Source of the DNA: a virus
Taxonomy: Duplodnaviria > Caudoviricetes
IMG/VR virus record: IMGVR_UViG_2687453341_000008
Reading direction: 5' to 3' (one strand)
DNA length: 64,000 nucleotides
The translations under genes were made by a program, and so were the position numbers. Below the pieces are notes generated by a model. That model did no database searches and had not been told where the DNA came from. It worked only from the letters and a program-made list of their open reading frames with translations. The stretch's first letter is position 1, and each line of letters starts with the position of its first letter. Positions 20,689 through 30,433 of this stretch are shown here, piece by piece.

Positions 20689-21232
20689 CTATGCAGCAAG
20701 CGCAAATGTGTTTCGCATGTCTGCATAATGATTGTTGTTGCATGTCAGCCAGTCACATGCAAGTGCGGCGAGTTCTTCCATCGTTTTGCATCGATGGTTT
20801 CTTGTGATCGTTTCGTGCAGATGCCACCATACTCTTTCAATCGGATTCGTTTCCGGTGAGTAGGCTGGCAGGAAGTGGATTCGGATTCGATGTCCCCACT
20901 CCGCCAAATATGTCTGTACATTCTTCGATTTATGGAACGAAGCGTTGTCTCAAATCGCATGGATGCGCGAGTAACTTCGCAGTCGACGACGTAGGTCGTC
21001 CAAGTGTGTTAAGAACAAGGTCGAATTTCGTCCGGCTTGTGGTTCGCCTACCAGTAGCGTTCCCGTTCTCCAAACCAACGAGCCCGAAAGGTAAAGTTTG
21101 CGATTGTTCCCAGGTGTCTCAACTTCTGCCTGTAAACCACGAACCATCCATTGACTGCCAATCTTTGGGTTGAGATTGATGTCCACTTCATCCTGGAAAA
21201 CAGCAACTTCGTTCGCTGGCATAGAATGCAAG
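20689..21232 (-). pseudogene. IS630-family transposase fragment with an in-frame TGA, 5' part removed by IS21
   Basis: FQDE, RIHAI*DNA (stop in place of Cys), FLPAYSPETNPIERVW in one frame. Confidence 0.85.
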
Positions 21233-21303
21233 TGTCAGTGAGCGCCTAAAAGGGGCCAGTTAGGGGCGCTTCAAAAGGGGCAAGTTCGACAAGAAAGGCA
21301 TGG

Positions 21304-22944
21304 TTGACTCAGATAGCGGGTTTCTTTTGGAACCCGACTATGGAGTGTGCCGTGGTACGTCGGCTGGATATGGATAAAAGACAGGGAATTGAGCAGCTTT
21401 TTGCTTCAGGAATGAGCATGCGGCAGATCGCCCGCACCCTCGGAATCAACCGAAAGTCCGTTGCTCGCCACTTGGCTGCTCTTAGCTCAAAAGGGGCCAG
21501 TGCAGCCGAAGCGCCCATCGACGAAGCGCTCACCGGGCCCGATGATTCAAAAGGGGCCAAAGCGCCCACCGGGTCCAAATTCCTGGAATCGGGTCATTCG
21601 GCCTCTAAAATAGAAAGCACTTCCGCGTCGCTATCCCGCAGCGAGTGCCGTTTATTTCGAGACCTCATCGTAGCCAAAATTGAGCGTGGGCTCTCTGCTC
21701 AGCGGATCTACCAAGACCTAGTGACCGACCATGGTTTCAACGCCAAGTACCACTCGGTTCGCCGGTATGTAGCATCTTTGACCCAATCCAAGGTACTTCC
21801 TGTCCGTCGCATCGAAGTCGATGCCGGGCATGAGATGCAGATCGACTACGGCCAGGGCGCACGCTGCCTGGACCACACCGGTAAGCTTCGCAAGACGTAC
21901 GTCTTTCGTTTGGTTTTGAGCCATTCTCGCAAAGGTTACACCGAAGCCGTTACAAGGCTAACAACCGAATCGCTAATTCGTTCTTTGGAGAACGCATTTC
22001 GTGCCTTGGGCGGCGTTCCCAAGATTGTAGTGTTTGACAATGCGCCTTCGGCGGTAAAGCAGGCTGATTGGTACGACCCGGAACTCAACCCCAAAATCAT
22101 CGCCTTCTGCAAGCACTATAACATTGCATTTCTACCGACTCGACCGGGTACTCCAGAGCATAAGGGCAAGGTCGAGCGTGGAGTTGATTATGTTCAAGAG
22201 AACGCGATCAAAGGGATGACCTTCGAGAGTCTAGCTCTCCAGAATCAGCATCTACTTCAATGGGAGAAGAACGTGGCGGATACTCGTATTCACGGCACGA
22301 CCAAGAAGCATGTTGGTAAGCAATTCATCGAAGTCGAGAAGGCAACTTTAGGACCATTACCATCGGAACCATTTCCCATCTATGACGAGGGAATTCGTAA
22401 AGTCAGCCGCGATGGACACGTTGAAGTCAAAGGCTCGTTCTATTCTGCTCCACCGGAGTACTTAGGATGTGAAGTTTGGATGCGATGGAATGATCGAGTC
22501 GTTCGCATGCTTAATCATCGGCAAGAGCAAATCGCCTTACACCCGCGGATGGAGAAGGGGAAATTCAGCACTTTGTCGGAACATATTGCCCCGTCGAAGA
22601 TCAATGGAATTGAACGCGGAGCCCGGCATTTAATGCAAAAAGTCAGGCTTATTGGCCCCAACACGACGCGTTGGGCCGAAGAGGCCATCAATGAGCGTGG
22701 AGTCCACTCCATGCGAACCATTCAAGGCGTCTTGGGTCTGACTCGCAAGTACAAAAGCGCTGCCATCGAAGACGCATCCGACACAGCTTGGCGCAGCGGT
22801 AGTTTCACCTACCGCACGATTAGACGGCTTTTAGAGCACCGCGGAGCCAAGCAAGAGACCATGGAGTTCATGGACGAGCATCCGGTCATTCGATCGATTC
22901 TCGAGTATGACGAGTTCTTTAAACGGGCACTAGCACGAGGCTAA
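21304..22944 (+). CDS. istA: IS21 transposase IstA (start uncertain)
   Basis: N-terminal HTH, QIDYG, FDN, KGKVER DDE motifs. Confidence 0.92.
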   Translation: MTQIAGFFWNPTMECAVVRRLDMDKRQGIEQLFASGMSMRQIARTLGINRKSVARHLAALSSKGASAAEAPIDEALTGPDDSKGAKAPTGSKFLESGHSASKIESTSASLSRSECRLFRDLIVAKIERGLSAQRIYQDLVTDHGFNAKYHSVRRYVASLTQSKVLPVRRIEVDAGHEMQIDYGQGARCLDHTGKLRKTYVFRLVLSHSRKGYTEAVTRLTTESLIRSLENAFRALGGVPKIVVFDNAPSAVKQADWYDPELNPKIIAFCKHYNIAFLPTRPGTPEHKGKVERGVDYVQENAIKGMTFESLALQNQHLLQWEKNVADTRIHGTTKKHVGKQFIEVEKATLGPLPSEPFPIYDEGIRKVSRDGHVEVKGSFYSAPPEYLGCEVWMRWNDRVVRMLNHRQEQIALHPRMEKGKFSTLSEHIAPSKINGIERGARHLMQKVRLIGPNTTRWAEEAINERGVHSMRTIQGVLGLTRKYKSAAIEDASDTAWRSGSFTYRTIRRLLEHRGAKQETMEFMDEHPVIRSILEYDEFFKRALARG

Positions 22945-22949
22945 TCACA

Positions 22950-23762
22950 ATGGACAACAATCTACTTTCAACGCTAAAGAAACTACGCATGTCAGGCTTG
23001 GCCAATACGCTTGAGATCCGCCTTCACGAAGCGGCGACCACAGGCCTGAGTCATCGCGAGTTCCTGGAGTTGCTTCTCCAAGACGAGCTGCTCCTACGCA
23101 ACGATCGGTTGATCAATCGTCGCATCGCAATGGCGGGCTTTCGCGACACGAAAAGGCTTGAGGATTTCGACTTCAGCTACAACCCATCGATCAAAAAAAG
23201 CCAAGTCTTTGATCTGGCCACGTGTCGCTTCATTCGAGAGCGGCGTGACGTTCTATGGGTTGGACCTCCTGGGACCGGTAAAAGTCACTTATGCCAAGCG
23301 TTGGGACTCTGCGCCATTCGTTGCGGACTGACGGTGTACTACCGGTCAATCTTTGATACGGTTCGGGACTTCCTTCACGATGAAGCTATGGAGGGCCATG
23401 ATCGGATCCTGCAACGCTACCTGAAGCCTGACTTGCTGATCATCGACGACATGGGAATGAAGCAACTGCCCAAGCGTTCAGGCGAGTACTTGTTCGAGAT
23501 CATCATGCGTCGACACGAGGTAAAATCGACGATGATGACAAGTAATCGTCCGCTTGAAGATTGGGGTAAATTGATCGGCGACGTACCCAGTGCTGGCGCG
23601 ATCTTGGACCGGTTCTTGCACCGCTCTGAACTGTTCCAGATGACGGGTCGAAGTTACCGGCTGGGATCGAGCGAAAATAATTCAAAAGGGGCCAAAGCGC
23701 CCACCGGGTCGGACGCCGATAAACAAGTATCAAGCAAGGCCTCAAAAGGGGCCAATTCGTAA
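22950..23762 (+). CDS. istB: IS21 ATPase IstB
   Basis: GPPGTGKS, LLIIDDMG, TSN, AILDR. Confidence 0.95.
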   Translation: MDNNLLSTLKKLRMSGLANTLEIRLHEAATTGLSHREFLELLLQDELLLRNDRLINRRIAMAGFRDTKRLEDFDFSYNPSIKKSQVFDLATCRFIRERRDVLWVGPPGTGKSHLCQALGLCAIRCGLTVYYRSIFDTVRDFLHDEAMEGHDRILQRYLKPDLLIIDDMGMKQLPKRSGEYLFEIIMRRHEVKSTMMTSNRPLEDWGKLIGDVPSAGAILDRFLHRSELFQMTGRSYRLGSSENNSKGAKAPTGSDADKQVSSKASKGANS

Positions 23763-23837
23763 TCGACCACATCAATAACCCAAAGTGGCCCCTTTAGAAG
23801 CGCCCAACAGTGGCCCCCTTTGAAGCGCTCAATGACA

Positions 23838-24286
23838 TTCCATTTCGCCTGACTCTGTAGTAATGCATCTCGCAGTATCCGGCGAGCTTCCTCGTAGCTT
23901 CTCTCTTGCACCCGTCGACGCTGCAAATTTTCAATCCACTCATCTACTTCCTCTTGAGTAACTCTTCGCGGAGCCATTAGGGATTTATCTCGCAACCGCA
24001 ACCAAGCATTGAGGTCGTAGTTCCAGGGGTCCGAGATTTTTTTAATCGCCAATTGCATAGCGTGGGGGGCTGCTGCGAGTATCTGCTCGTGACAGTAGCT
24101 ATCAACCAGCATGTAGTTACACCGGTGCCCCCAGCATTTGACCGCGTGAGACCGCCTCTCAATTTCATGGACTGCGAGTGGAGGCCAAGAGGACGAACCG
24201 CCGCAACTCATGCAACGCTGTGGATGTTCCAATCGCCAGCTTTCACGATCCTCCAACACACTTTTGAGGTACGCATCTGCCTGCAT
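23838..24286 (-). pseudogene. HNH-like phage protein truncated at its 3' end by IS21
   Basis: CMSC..HE..N..CHE pattern; reading frame runs into the IS21 end. Confidence 0.55.
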
Positions 24287-24292
24287 GTAAAT

Positions 24293-24895
24293 TTACGTTG
24301 CCACACGAATAGACGAAAAAACCTTCTTGCGGAATCGACTGACCTCCCTATAAACGGCCTGGACACTGACGCCAAGGCTTTCCGCGATTTGCGGCTTCCG
24401 AACGCCGTTCATCATCATGTCTACGACTGCTCGAGTTCTACGTCCTTCCGCGGAAGCCAAATCTAGATAGTTCTCTAATTTTTCGGCCATCATCGCTGAC
24501 TCTTCCGCGCTTGGGGAATACCGCGTGAGGCACGGCAGAAGTACCCCGCGAAACGAACTGCTGTTATCGCCCGGGAGAAATGTTTTCGCGGCTAGGTCGC
24601 CAGATCGCTTTTGCGTCGTCAATTTCTCAATTTCCCTGTAAGTTGCACTTCGAGCGATGCAAGAAACCCATCGTAAATAGGCGTGGTAGGTCTCAGCCTT
24701 GCACCTGCTCGATAGCGTCATCGAGACTTCGGCAAGCGTTATCTGCACAACATCATCAATATCTAGTTTCGACTGAAATCGACTGCCAAGAAAGCTCTTC
24801 ACGATTACGAAAGCATACCACTGTGAGCTTGCGATTAAGTCATTCAAGGCTGCAGCCGATCCGGCTTTTGCCTCGCGAAGCAATTCGTCGTTCAT
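24293..24895 (-). CDS. phage ECF-type sigma factor
   Basis: Region 2 DIDDVVQ...YLRWVSCIAR; region 4 IAESLGVSVQAVYR. Confidence 0.82.
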   Translation of the reverse strand: MNDELLREAKAGSAAALNDLIASSQWYAFVIVKSFLGSRFQSKLDIDDVVQITLAEVSMTLSSRCKAETYHAYLRWVSCIARSATYREIEKLTTQKRSGDLAAKTFLPGDNSSSFRGVLLPCLTRYSPSAEESAMMAEKLENYLDLASAEGRRTRAVVDMMMNGVRKPQIAESLGVSVQAVYREVSRFRKKVFSSIRVAT

Positions 24896-25030
24896 CTTGA
24901 AATCCTGGTGTGGGTGGAACAGGTCCTACTGTGATACCTAGAAAGGACGGAAATCTCCACAGCTGTTTACACACGAATTCAAGATTTTTCCTCCTCACGC
25001 GCCGTGCCGTTCCCGGCCAAATGCCGTCGC

Positions 25031-26116
25031 TCAGCTCCGCGCCATCGGCATGACGACGTACCGGTAGAGCGAGCTAAACGCGAGCATCACCGGGACATTT
25101 CCGTCTTTCACGTACATGGTCGACTGGGACTTAGCAGGCAACGCCTTGAAAAAGTCAGCCAAGTAGACGTGATTCACATTTACCGCTACGGGCTCGTAGT
25201 CGTACTGGATCGGAACTTCGACGTTCGACTCCCCCGATTCGGTTTTCGAACTTACTGACACCTTTCCTGCATCAAACGCGAACTCAACCGACCGGCTTTC
25301 CTTATCGGCGGCGATCGCGGCTTGCCGAATCCCCGAGAACATCTCCTCGACATCCAGAATGACTTCCTTTGCGTCTGTCACACTTGGAAGAACCTGCCGC
25401 CAGTTGGGAAACTTGCCTTCAATGAGATGCGTCGAGAAGGCGCAATCTCCCATGTCGGCCCGCAGCTCGGTTTCCGAGAACCTTAAAGTCACGTCATCCG
25501 ACTCTCCCGCAAGCCCGAGCATAGAAACAAGAACCCGCAGTGCCCTCGCAGGGACAATGTAAACGCCAATTTGAGCATTTCCTTCGCACGCTAACTCGAA
25601 GGCCGACAATCTATGGCCATCCGTTGCCACACACTCCAGGGACCCACGCCCAAGATCGAACGCCACGCCTCCTAGTTGGTAACGAGCACTCGACTCGTCG
25701 CAAGCGAACTCGGTTGCGCGGATCGCGAACAGCAGCGCCCCCGCTTTGACTTGGACCGCCGCATCGGGACATGGCATGGTCACTGGGAATTCATCCGGAC
25801 TGGAGGCCCCAAACTGAAACCGAGCCCTGCCGCACTGTACCTTCACGTGCTTGCCGTCATCGATATTGAACTCGATTTCGTCACCTTTACACTCGTTGAG
25901 AACCGAGTGCACTTTACTTACCGGGAGAAGAGTTCGAAGATCGCCTTCAACGTCCACCTTGGCTTGCAAGTAGACCTCCCCGTCGGACGCGGTAAGAGTC
26001 GCTTTCCCGCCAGCGGCTGAGAGATGGACATTGGTAAGGATCTCTTTGTGTCGATTGTTGGCGACACGCGCAACGACCCCAAATACCCTTTTGAACTCGG
26101 CTGTACTAGCTCGCAT
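25031..26116 (-). CDS. dnaN: DNA polymerase III beta sliding clamp (phage copy)
   Basis: ASDGE, RYQLGGV, VATDGHRL, LIEGKFPNW, YVVMPM; 361 aa. Confidence 0.93.
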   Translation of the reverse strand: MRASTAEFKRVFGVVARVANNRHKEILTNVHLSAAGGKATLTASDGEVYLQAKVDVEGDLRTLLPVSKVHSVLNECKGDEIEFNIDDGKHVKVQCGRARFQFGASSPDEFPVTMPCPDAAVQVKAGALLFAIRATEFACDESSARYQLGGVAFDLGRGSLECVATDGHRLSAFELACEGNAQIGVYIVPARALRVLVSMLGLAGESDDVTLRFSETELRADMGDCAFSTHLIEGKFPNWRQVLPSVTDAKEVILDVEEMFSGIRQAAIAADKESRSVEFAFDAGKVSVSSKTESGESNVEVPIQYDYEPVAVNVNHVYLADFFKALPAKSQSTMYVKDGNVPVMLAFSSLYRYVVMPMARS

Positions 26117-26312
26117 TTCGCATCACCTTTTCACGCAGAACAGGAACTTCCTTGCGGGCACGTACCACCACGGTCACTTTTCGCCCGCCACACCTTGAAA
26201 TCTCAATTTCGCTGTCTCCAACGAAAAAACGCTCACCCTTTTCGATCTGCAGAACCAACGTTCCCCTATCGGATGCTTTGGTAATACCGTTCGTTTTCGC
26301 TTCGTTCTTCAT
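26106..26312 (-). CDS. csrA: CsrA-like carbon storage regulator
   Basis: LVL...GERFFVGD.EI.I......V.VVVRARKEVPVLREKV. Confidence 0.7.
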   Translation of the reverse strand: MKNEAKTNGITKASDRGTLVLQIEKGERFFVGDSEIEISRCGGRKVTVVVRARKEVPVLREKVMRNAS

Positions 26313-26607
26313 GCCAGAAATCCTTTTGCTGTTCTTCAAATAGCCGAGCTTGCCGTTGAAGCTCTTTGCGCCATTCACCATCGACTCCATTCAGCAGCCC
26401 CTCTTGGATCTCATCATCTCGAGCGAGGTCCGCCCAATAGCCGAGATCGCAAACCCAATGAGACTGCCCATATTCGCGAACAAGTCTATGCGCCAAAGAC
26501 TCGAGGCACGCACCCCTCAGGAGCCGAACCACAAACGCAAGTGCCACATTCGGGATGCCACTCAGTTCGTCTTCGGTTAAGCCTGAAAGCCAGTTTTGGT
26601 CGTACAT
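26266..26607 (-). CDS. hypothetical phage protein
   Basis: ORF track; start at ATG 26607 downstream of the repeated motif. Confidence 0.55.
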   Translation of the reverse strand: MYDQNWLSGLTEDELSGIPNVALAFVVRLLRGACLESLAHRLVREYGQSHWVCDLGYWADLARDDEIQEGLLNGVDGEWRKELQRQARLFEEQQKDFWHEERSENERYYQSIR

Positions 26608-26786
26608 GTTTCTTGCTCGTCGGTAAATGAATTGACTCAACCAACTAGGCCGGAAATGGGCACGATTTGTTTCAACTTGCTCGAAAAGAATTGCGGAGCG
26701 ACGAGCAAACCCACCGCTCCGCAATCTGCCGCTGACACCCACTGCCAACGGCAGGCTGTAAAGAAAACAGGATCGAGCCTACCAAA

Positions 26787-28973
26787 TCAAATGGTCGAAC
26801 TCGGAGAGTTACCTGAGATCACCGATCGCAACTCATCTGTGACCGCTGGAGCACCCTCTTGCATGCTTGGCCGACGTAATGGAACGACAGCCTTGGTCCC
26901 ATCCTCCATGCTGATAATTGCTTTGGTCAGGTAGCAGGAACGTCCTGTGATGGACGAACACGCTCCGTCCATCGCACTCGAGTCGTTGACGTAAGCGATC
27001 GTCACGTGCGGGTTGTACTTCGGGTGCGTCAAAACATGCGGCAGGCTATCACGCAACTTACGATTGATCGCATGCAGGGCGGGCGACTCTACAGCAACGA
27101 TCAGAGGTACCCCGCGATCGCCACCAGGAAAGCTCGTGACGCCCCTGAAACTGACTAGAGGCGATTCGAGCCTCGACACAACACGTGCGATTTCGTCTAC
27201 GCTTGCGCCCGTGATTCCGTACAACGCAGTGACATGGGGTTCATCTTCCCGCCCGCCCACGGAGAGGTCCGCGTCATTCAGGCATGCAGCCTCTCTCAAC
27301 ACCGCATCCTCGATCGCCTCGGGCAACTTAAGCATCACGCACGCGTACTTATGGGCTCTGCCGACTTCGAGCAACTTGGACTCCAGTTCATCGCGCCCAC
27401 TTAGCGACGGTATCGACTTCACGAACGCAACGGCGTCGGTACCGTAACTCCAATCCCAAAGCCCGCTCGAGCCGCTTTCTTCGTTATCGTCATCCAGAGG
27501 ACGAAGCCGAAACCCGGACGACTCGAAGATGTCTGTCACCTGAGGAGAGATCTCTTCTAGCAAGGTAGGGTCCACGTCGATCACGTGCTTTAGTTTGCGA
27601 TGACCAATTCGGATCGCTTTGTCGACCGGTGGTATAAATCCACTCGCCGCGCCAGACGCCTTGATGAGTGTTCTTGGATCGACAGGGCCATTTGCGGTCA
27701 GGATGAATCCGTCGAGTTCATTTCCGAACGTCGGTTCCCCTCGTTTCGTGCGATACTCTCCGACCGTCATCACCCCGATCTTTGAATCCGCTTCGAGCCT
27801 CCGATCTTCGAGCTCCGGATCGTTTACCGCGGGGACCTCGAGTTCGATACTGACATGCTCGCCATATTCACGACCGAGGGTTATTGTGTCCTCGTCAGCG
27901 ATAAGGTCCATGTCGGGTTGGATACTGAGCATGGACGTTCCCAGCAACGACGCTGCAAGGCTCGAATAGGTCATACCGTCTTGAATGCCCAGCGAAGATC
28001 GTGACACGCCATGCGCCGCAAGCACGCAGTCCCGCAACTGGTCATGCCCTTCCACAAACTGCATTTCGTCCGCAGTTCGCTTGTGCACCACCGATGTGGC
28101 TTTTCCGACAAATGTTACTGCCGCCCCGTCGTCACTAAGACGGCGAGAAAGATTGTCCTCCACTTCGCTCAGCTTCTCGGGATCGTCCTCGTCGGAAGTC
28201 AGCAACAACTTGCCGTTTGGTCCTTCTCTGTAAAACTTGTCGCGACAATCGTCGAGGGCGTTGGACGCATCGATCCAAGGAGCGGCTGCATTGGTAGGAG
28301 ATGCTCCATCCCCTTTCAGGAACGGATGCGGGTACTTGATCACCGTAAGCATTTCCGCTGGCAACTCGACACCCACAAACTGGCGGATCGCTGAAAACGA
28401 CTCTTCGTCGTAGCTCGCTGAATAGGTTGTCCATGACTGAGGCCGAATGATGACTCCACCTCGCGGCATACTCTGGTACCGACCTGGCCGGATCGGTGTC
28501 ACCATCGCCATCGGAATCACGTATCTTTCAACCGTTCTCGTTTTCAGCACATTAGGACGGTTAAACACCAAGCAGCACCCGTGAAGGCGCAATTGAACCA
28601 TTTGCTCCCACCGGAATGCGCCCCCGCTTTGGCGAGGGTGAGGACGATTCAATAGTCGCATGAGCGGATGTGTTGAATCCGCGACCGTTCCCTGATGTTC
28701 ACGTACAAGACCCTTGCGTACGCTTTCTTCTCGCCACCGAGCCCCAAACTCCATCCGCAGCGCCTTTCGCTGCGTCCGCGCTAAGGGATCCTTCGAGTCA
28801 TCGTAGACGTAGACCAGCGCACGAGTTGCCTGTCTCGCAACGGAAGTGATCGCGACGTAGTTCCACCCACGAAAACCCTCGAGCTCCGCTCTATGGTCGC
28901 TTGCGACATCGCCGAGGCGATACATCGACAGAACTTCGTCAAGGATTTCGTATAGATTTGCTGGCCCGTGCAT
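26787..28973 (-). CDS. phage portal protein fused to a C-terminal 2H phosphoesterase (Acb1/LigT-like)
   Basis: Portal motifs WNYVAI, HPLMRLLNRP, LHG, DEMQF, AAHGV, MTVGEYR...G..; C-terminal PHVTALYG and YNPHVTIAY pair. Confidence 0.85.
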   Translation of the reverse strand: MHGPANLYEILDEVLSMYRLGDVASDHRAELEGFRGWNYVAITSVARQATRALVYVYDDSKDPLARTQRKALRMEFGARWREESVRKGLVREHQGTVADSTHPLMRLLNRPHPRQSGGAFRWEQMVQLRLHGCCLVFNRPNVLKTRTVERYVIPMAMVTPIRPGRYQSMPRGGVIIRPQSWTTYSASYDEESFSAIRQFVGVELPAEMLTVIKYPHPFLKGDGASPTNAAAPWIDASNALDDCRDKFYREGPNGKLLLTSDEDDPEKLSEVEDNLSRRLSDDGAAVTFVGKATSVVHKRTADEMQFVEGHDQLRDCVLAAHGVSRSSLGIQDGMTYSSLAASLLGTSMLSIQPDMDLIADEDTITLGREYGEHVSIELEVPAVNDPELEDRRLEADSKIGVMTVGEYRTKRGEPTFGNELDGFILTANGPVDPRTLIKASGAASGFIPPVDKAIRIGHRKLKHVIDVDPTLLEEISPQVTDIFESSGFRLRPLDDDNEESGSSGLWDWSYGTDAVAFVKSIPSLSGRDELESKLLEVGRAHKYACVMLKLPEAIEDAVLREAACLNDADLSVGGREDEPHVTALYGITGASVDEIARVVSRLESPLVSFRGVTSFPGGDRGVPLIVAVESPALHAINRKLRDSLPHVLTHPKYNPHVTIAYVNDSSAMDGACSSITGRSCYLTKAIISMEDGTKAVVPLRRPSMQEGAPAVTDELRSVISGNSPSSTI

Positions 28974-29015
28974 TCCTGTTCTCCTGCGGGGAACTTAGCC
29001 GAATGCCAATCGCAG

Positions 29016-29519
29016 TTAAACCGTCGGATACCCATAGACTTGCCGCTCCACGTCGCCGCGAATGTAAAGCGGGTGTTTTGGGCTTCCGTTCTCGTTTACT
29101 CCCAAGCAGTGGACTTTACCGAGAATCTTCAAAACAGCTTTCGCTCTCTCAGGATCGCAATGCACGCCCCATCCGACGATGATTTCCTGAACTCGCGCGG
29201 CGACACTTCCCAATACGGCATCGTTTTCTTCACCGACCGGATTGTCGATTGTTTTGAGCCCGCGTGGGTCGGTCGACCTAAACGCGTAAGCATTCAGCAT
29301 AGTGAAACTGCCAAAGCCCCAATTCCTGGAGAACTGAATACATCGGCGGATTGTTGGATCGTCGATGAGCTCGTCTGCGGTACTCGGGTTCAAGCAACAA
29401 AACGCGATAGCCGGTTTCGATGGATCCCATATCCTCCAAAGCGAGTATCTCCAGACTCGGCAGGGGGAAAAGTGAGCCCCCTTCTCCATGTGAACCTCGA
29501 ACAATGTGAGTTGCTTCAC
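29016..29519 (-). CDS. DUF1643 domain protein (start uncertain)
   Basis: RYSLWRIWD, LNPSTAD...DDPTIRRC, RSTDP, PKHPLY. Confidence 0.85.
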   Translation of the reverse strand: MKQLTLFEVHMEKGAHFSPCRVWRYSLWRIWDPSKPAIAFCCLNPSTADELIDDPTIRRCIQFSRNWGFGSFTMLNAYAFRSTDPRGLKTIDNPVGEENDAVLGSVAARVQEIIVGWGVHCDPERAKAVLKILGKVHCLGVNENGSPKHPLYIRGDVERQVYGYPTV

Positions 29520-29568
29520 GCCGTAACCGCCATTTCGTGAAAAGAGAGTTGCAAATCGGACTGCGTTT

Positions 29569-30114
29569 TCAACATTGCAGGCCCTCATACATGATTTCAA
29601 TGGAATCAAAATCCCGCCTTCTCGAGGTGGGATACACCGCCAGATGGCAGTCGTTTTTTTCGAACCGACAAGCGATGATGCGATGCCAACCACTTCGATG
29701 CTCGACGGCAAAAAGATGCCCTACGCGCCGCATTTTCCTCTCGATATAGTTTCCCAGATAACGAACGGCAACTCCCTGCCGGCTAGCCAGCATTTGCTGG
29801 ATCTTCAGTAAGTCGCTTAACGGGTGTCGGTAATCCGGACGGACAGCAGCAATGCAGTAGAGAGTCTCCACCGCGATCTTCCTCCAAGCGGTCAGAATCT
29901 CCCAGTCATCGACCAATGCACCCTTCGGGAGAGCGACCGCGGCAGACGTAAACTCTGTCTCGGCAGAGATCACAACCAGATCTGGTCGCCCGCTAGCTGC
30001 TATGCACGACCACCAAACGCGTGGAACCCCCATGATTGCCCAGCTTGTGCCGGAAACACCTCTGCTTATTCGAGAATCGAGACTACCCAATAAATAGGCC
30101 GGATTCGTAAGCAC
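29569..30114 (-). CDS. hypothetical phage protein (start uncertain)
   Basis: ORF track; co-oriented with neighbours. Confidence 0.5.
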   Translation of the reverse strand: MLTNPAYLLGSLDSRISRGVSGTSWAIMGVPRVWWSCIAASGRPDLVVISAETEFTSAAVALPKGALVDDWEILTAWRKIAVETLYCIAAVRPDYRHPLSDLLKIQQMLASRQGVAVRYLGNYIERKMRRVGHLFAVEHRSGWHRIIACRFEKNDCHLAVYPTSRRRDFDSIEIMYEGLQC

Positions 30115-30433
30115 TTATTTCCAAATTCCCTGAAAAACACGAGCAAACATTAGCGTTTTAGAAATAGATCGTGATCGAAAAGGGATACTGACAACCAGTG
30201 GGTCAAGTATTTCGACGCTTCGTTCGCGAACCTTCTAGCTGTGAAAAGCATCACACGGCGGCTCCCAAACCCTGCCAACGAACAATTGTGGAGACTGCAC
30301 GTTGCCAGCGATCAAGCCCATAAGATGTCTTTCAACTACTTAGCATCGAAGCCGAGGATGTAACCGTTCGAAACCTCGACTCAACAACCACTCGCTTGAG
30401 CACGGATAGGGTGAAGCAATTGAAGATTGATCC

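Larger units (their letters stand above)
21233..23837 (+). mobile_element. IS21-family element
   Basis: Ends TGTCAGTGAGCGC / GCGCTCAATGACA, multiple AAAGGGGCCA repeats, istA-istB; no target duplication. Confidence 0.93.

Noticed and set aside
20950..20952. In-frame TGA in the IS630 transposase as possible recoding or selenocysteine
   Set aside because: The element is already truncated by IS21 and other genes use TGA as a stop. It is a simple nonsense mutation.
23654..23837. C-terminal 60 aa of ORF 23654-24286, and ORF 7042-7368
   Set aside because: These are read-through into or out of IS sequence, not native coding regions.
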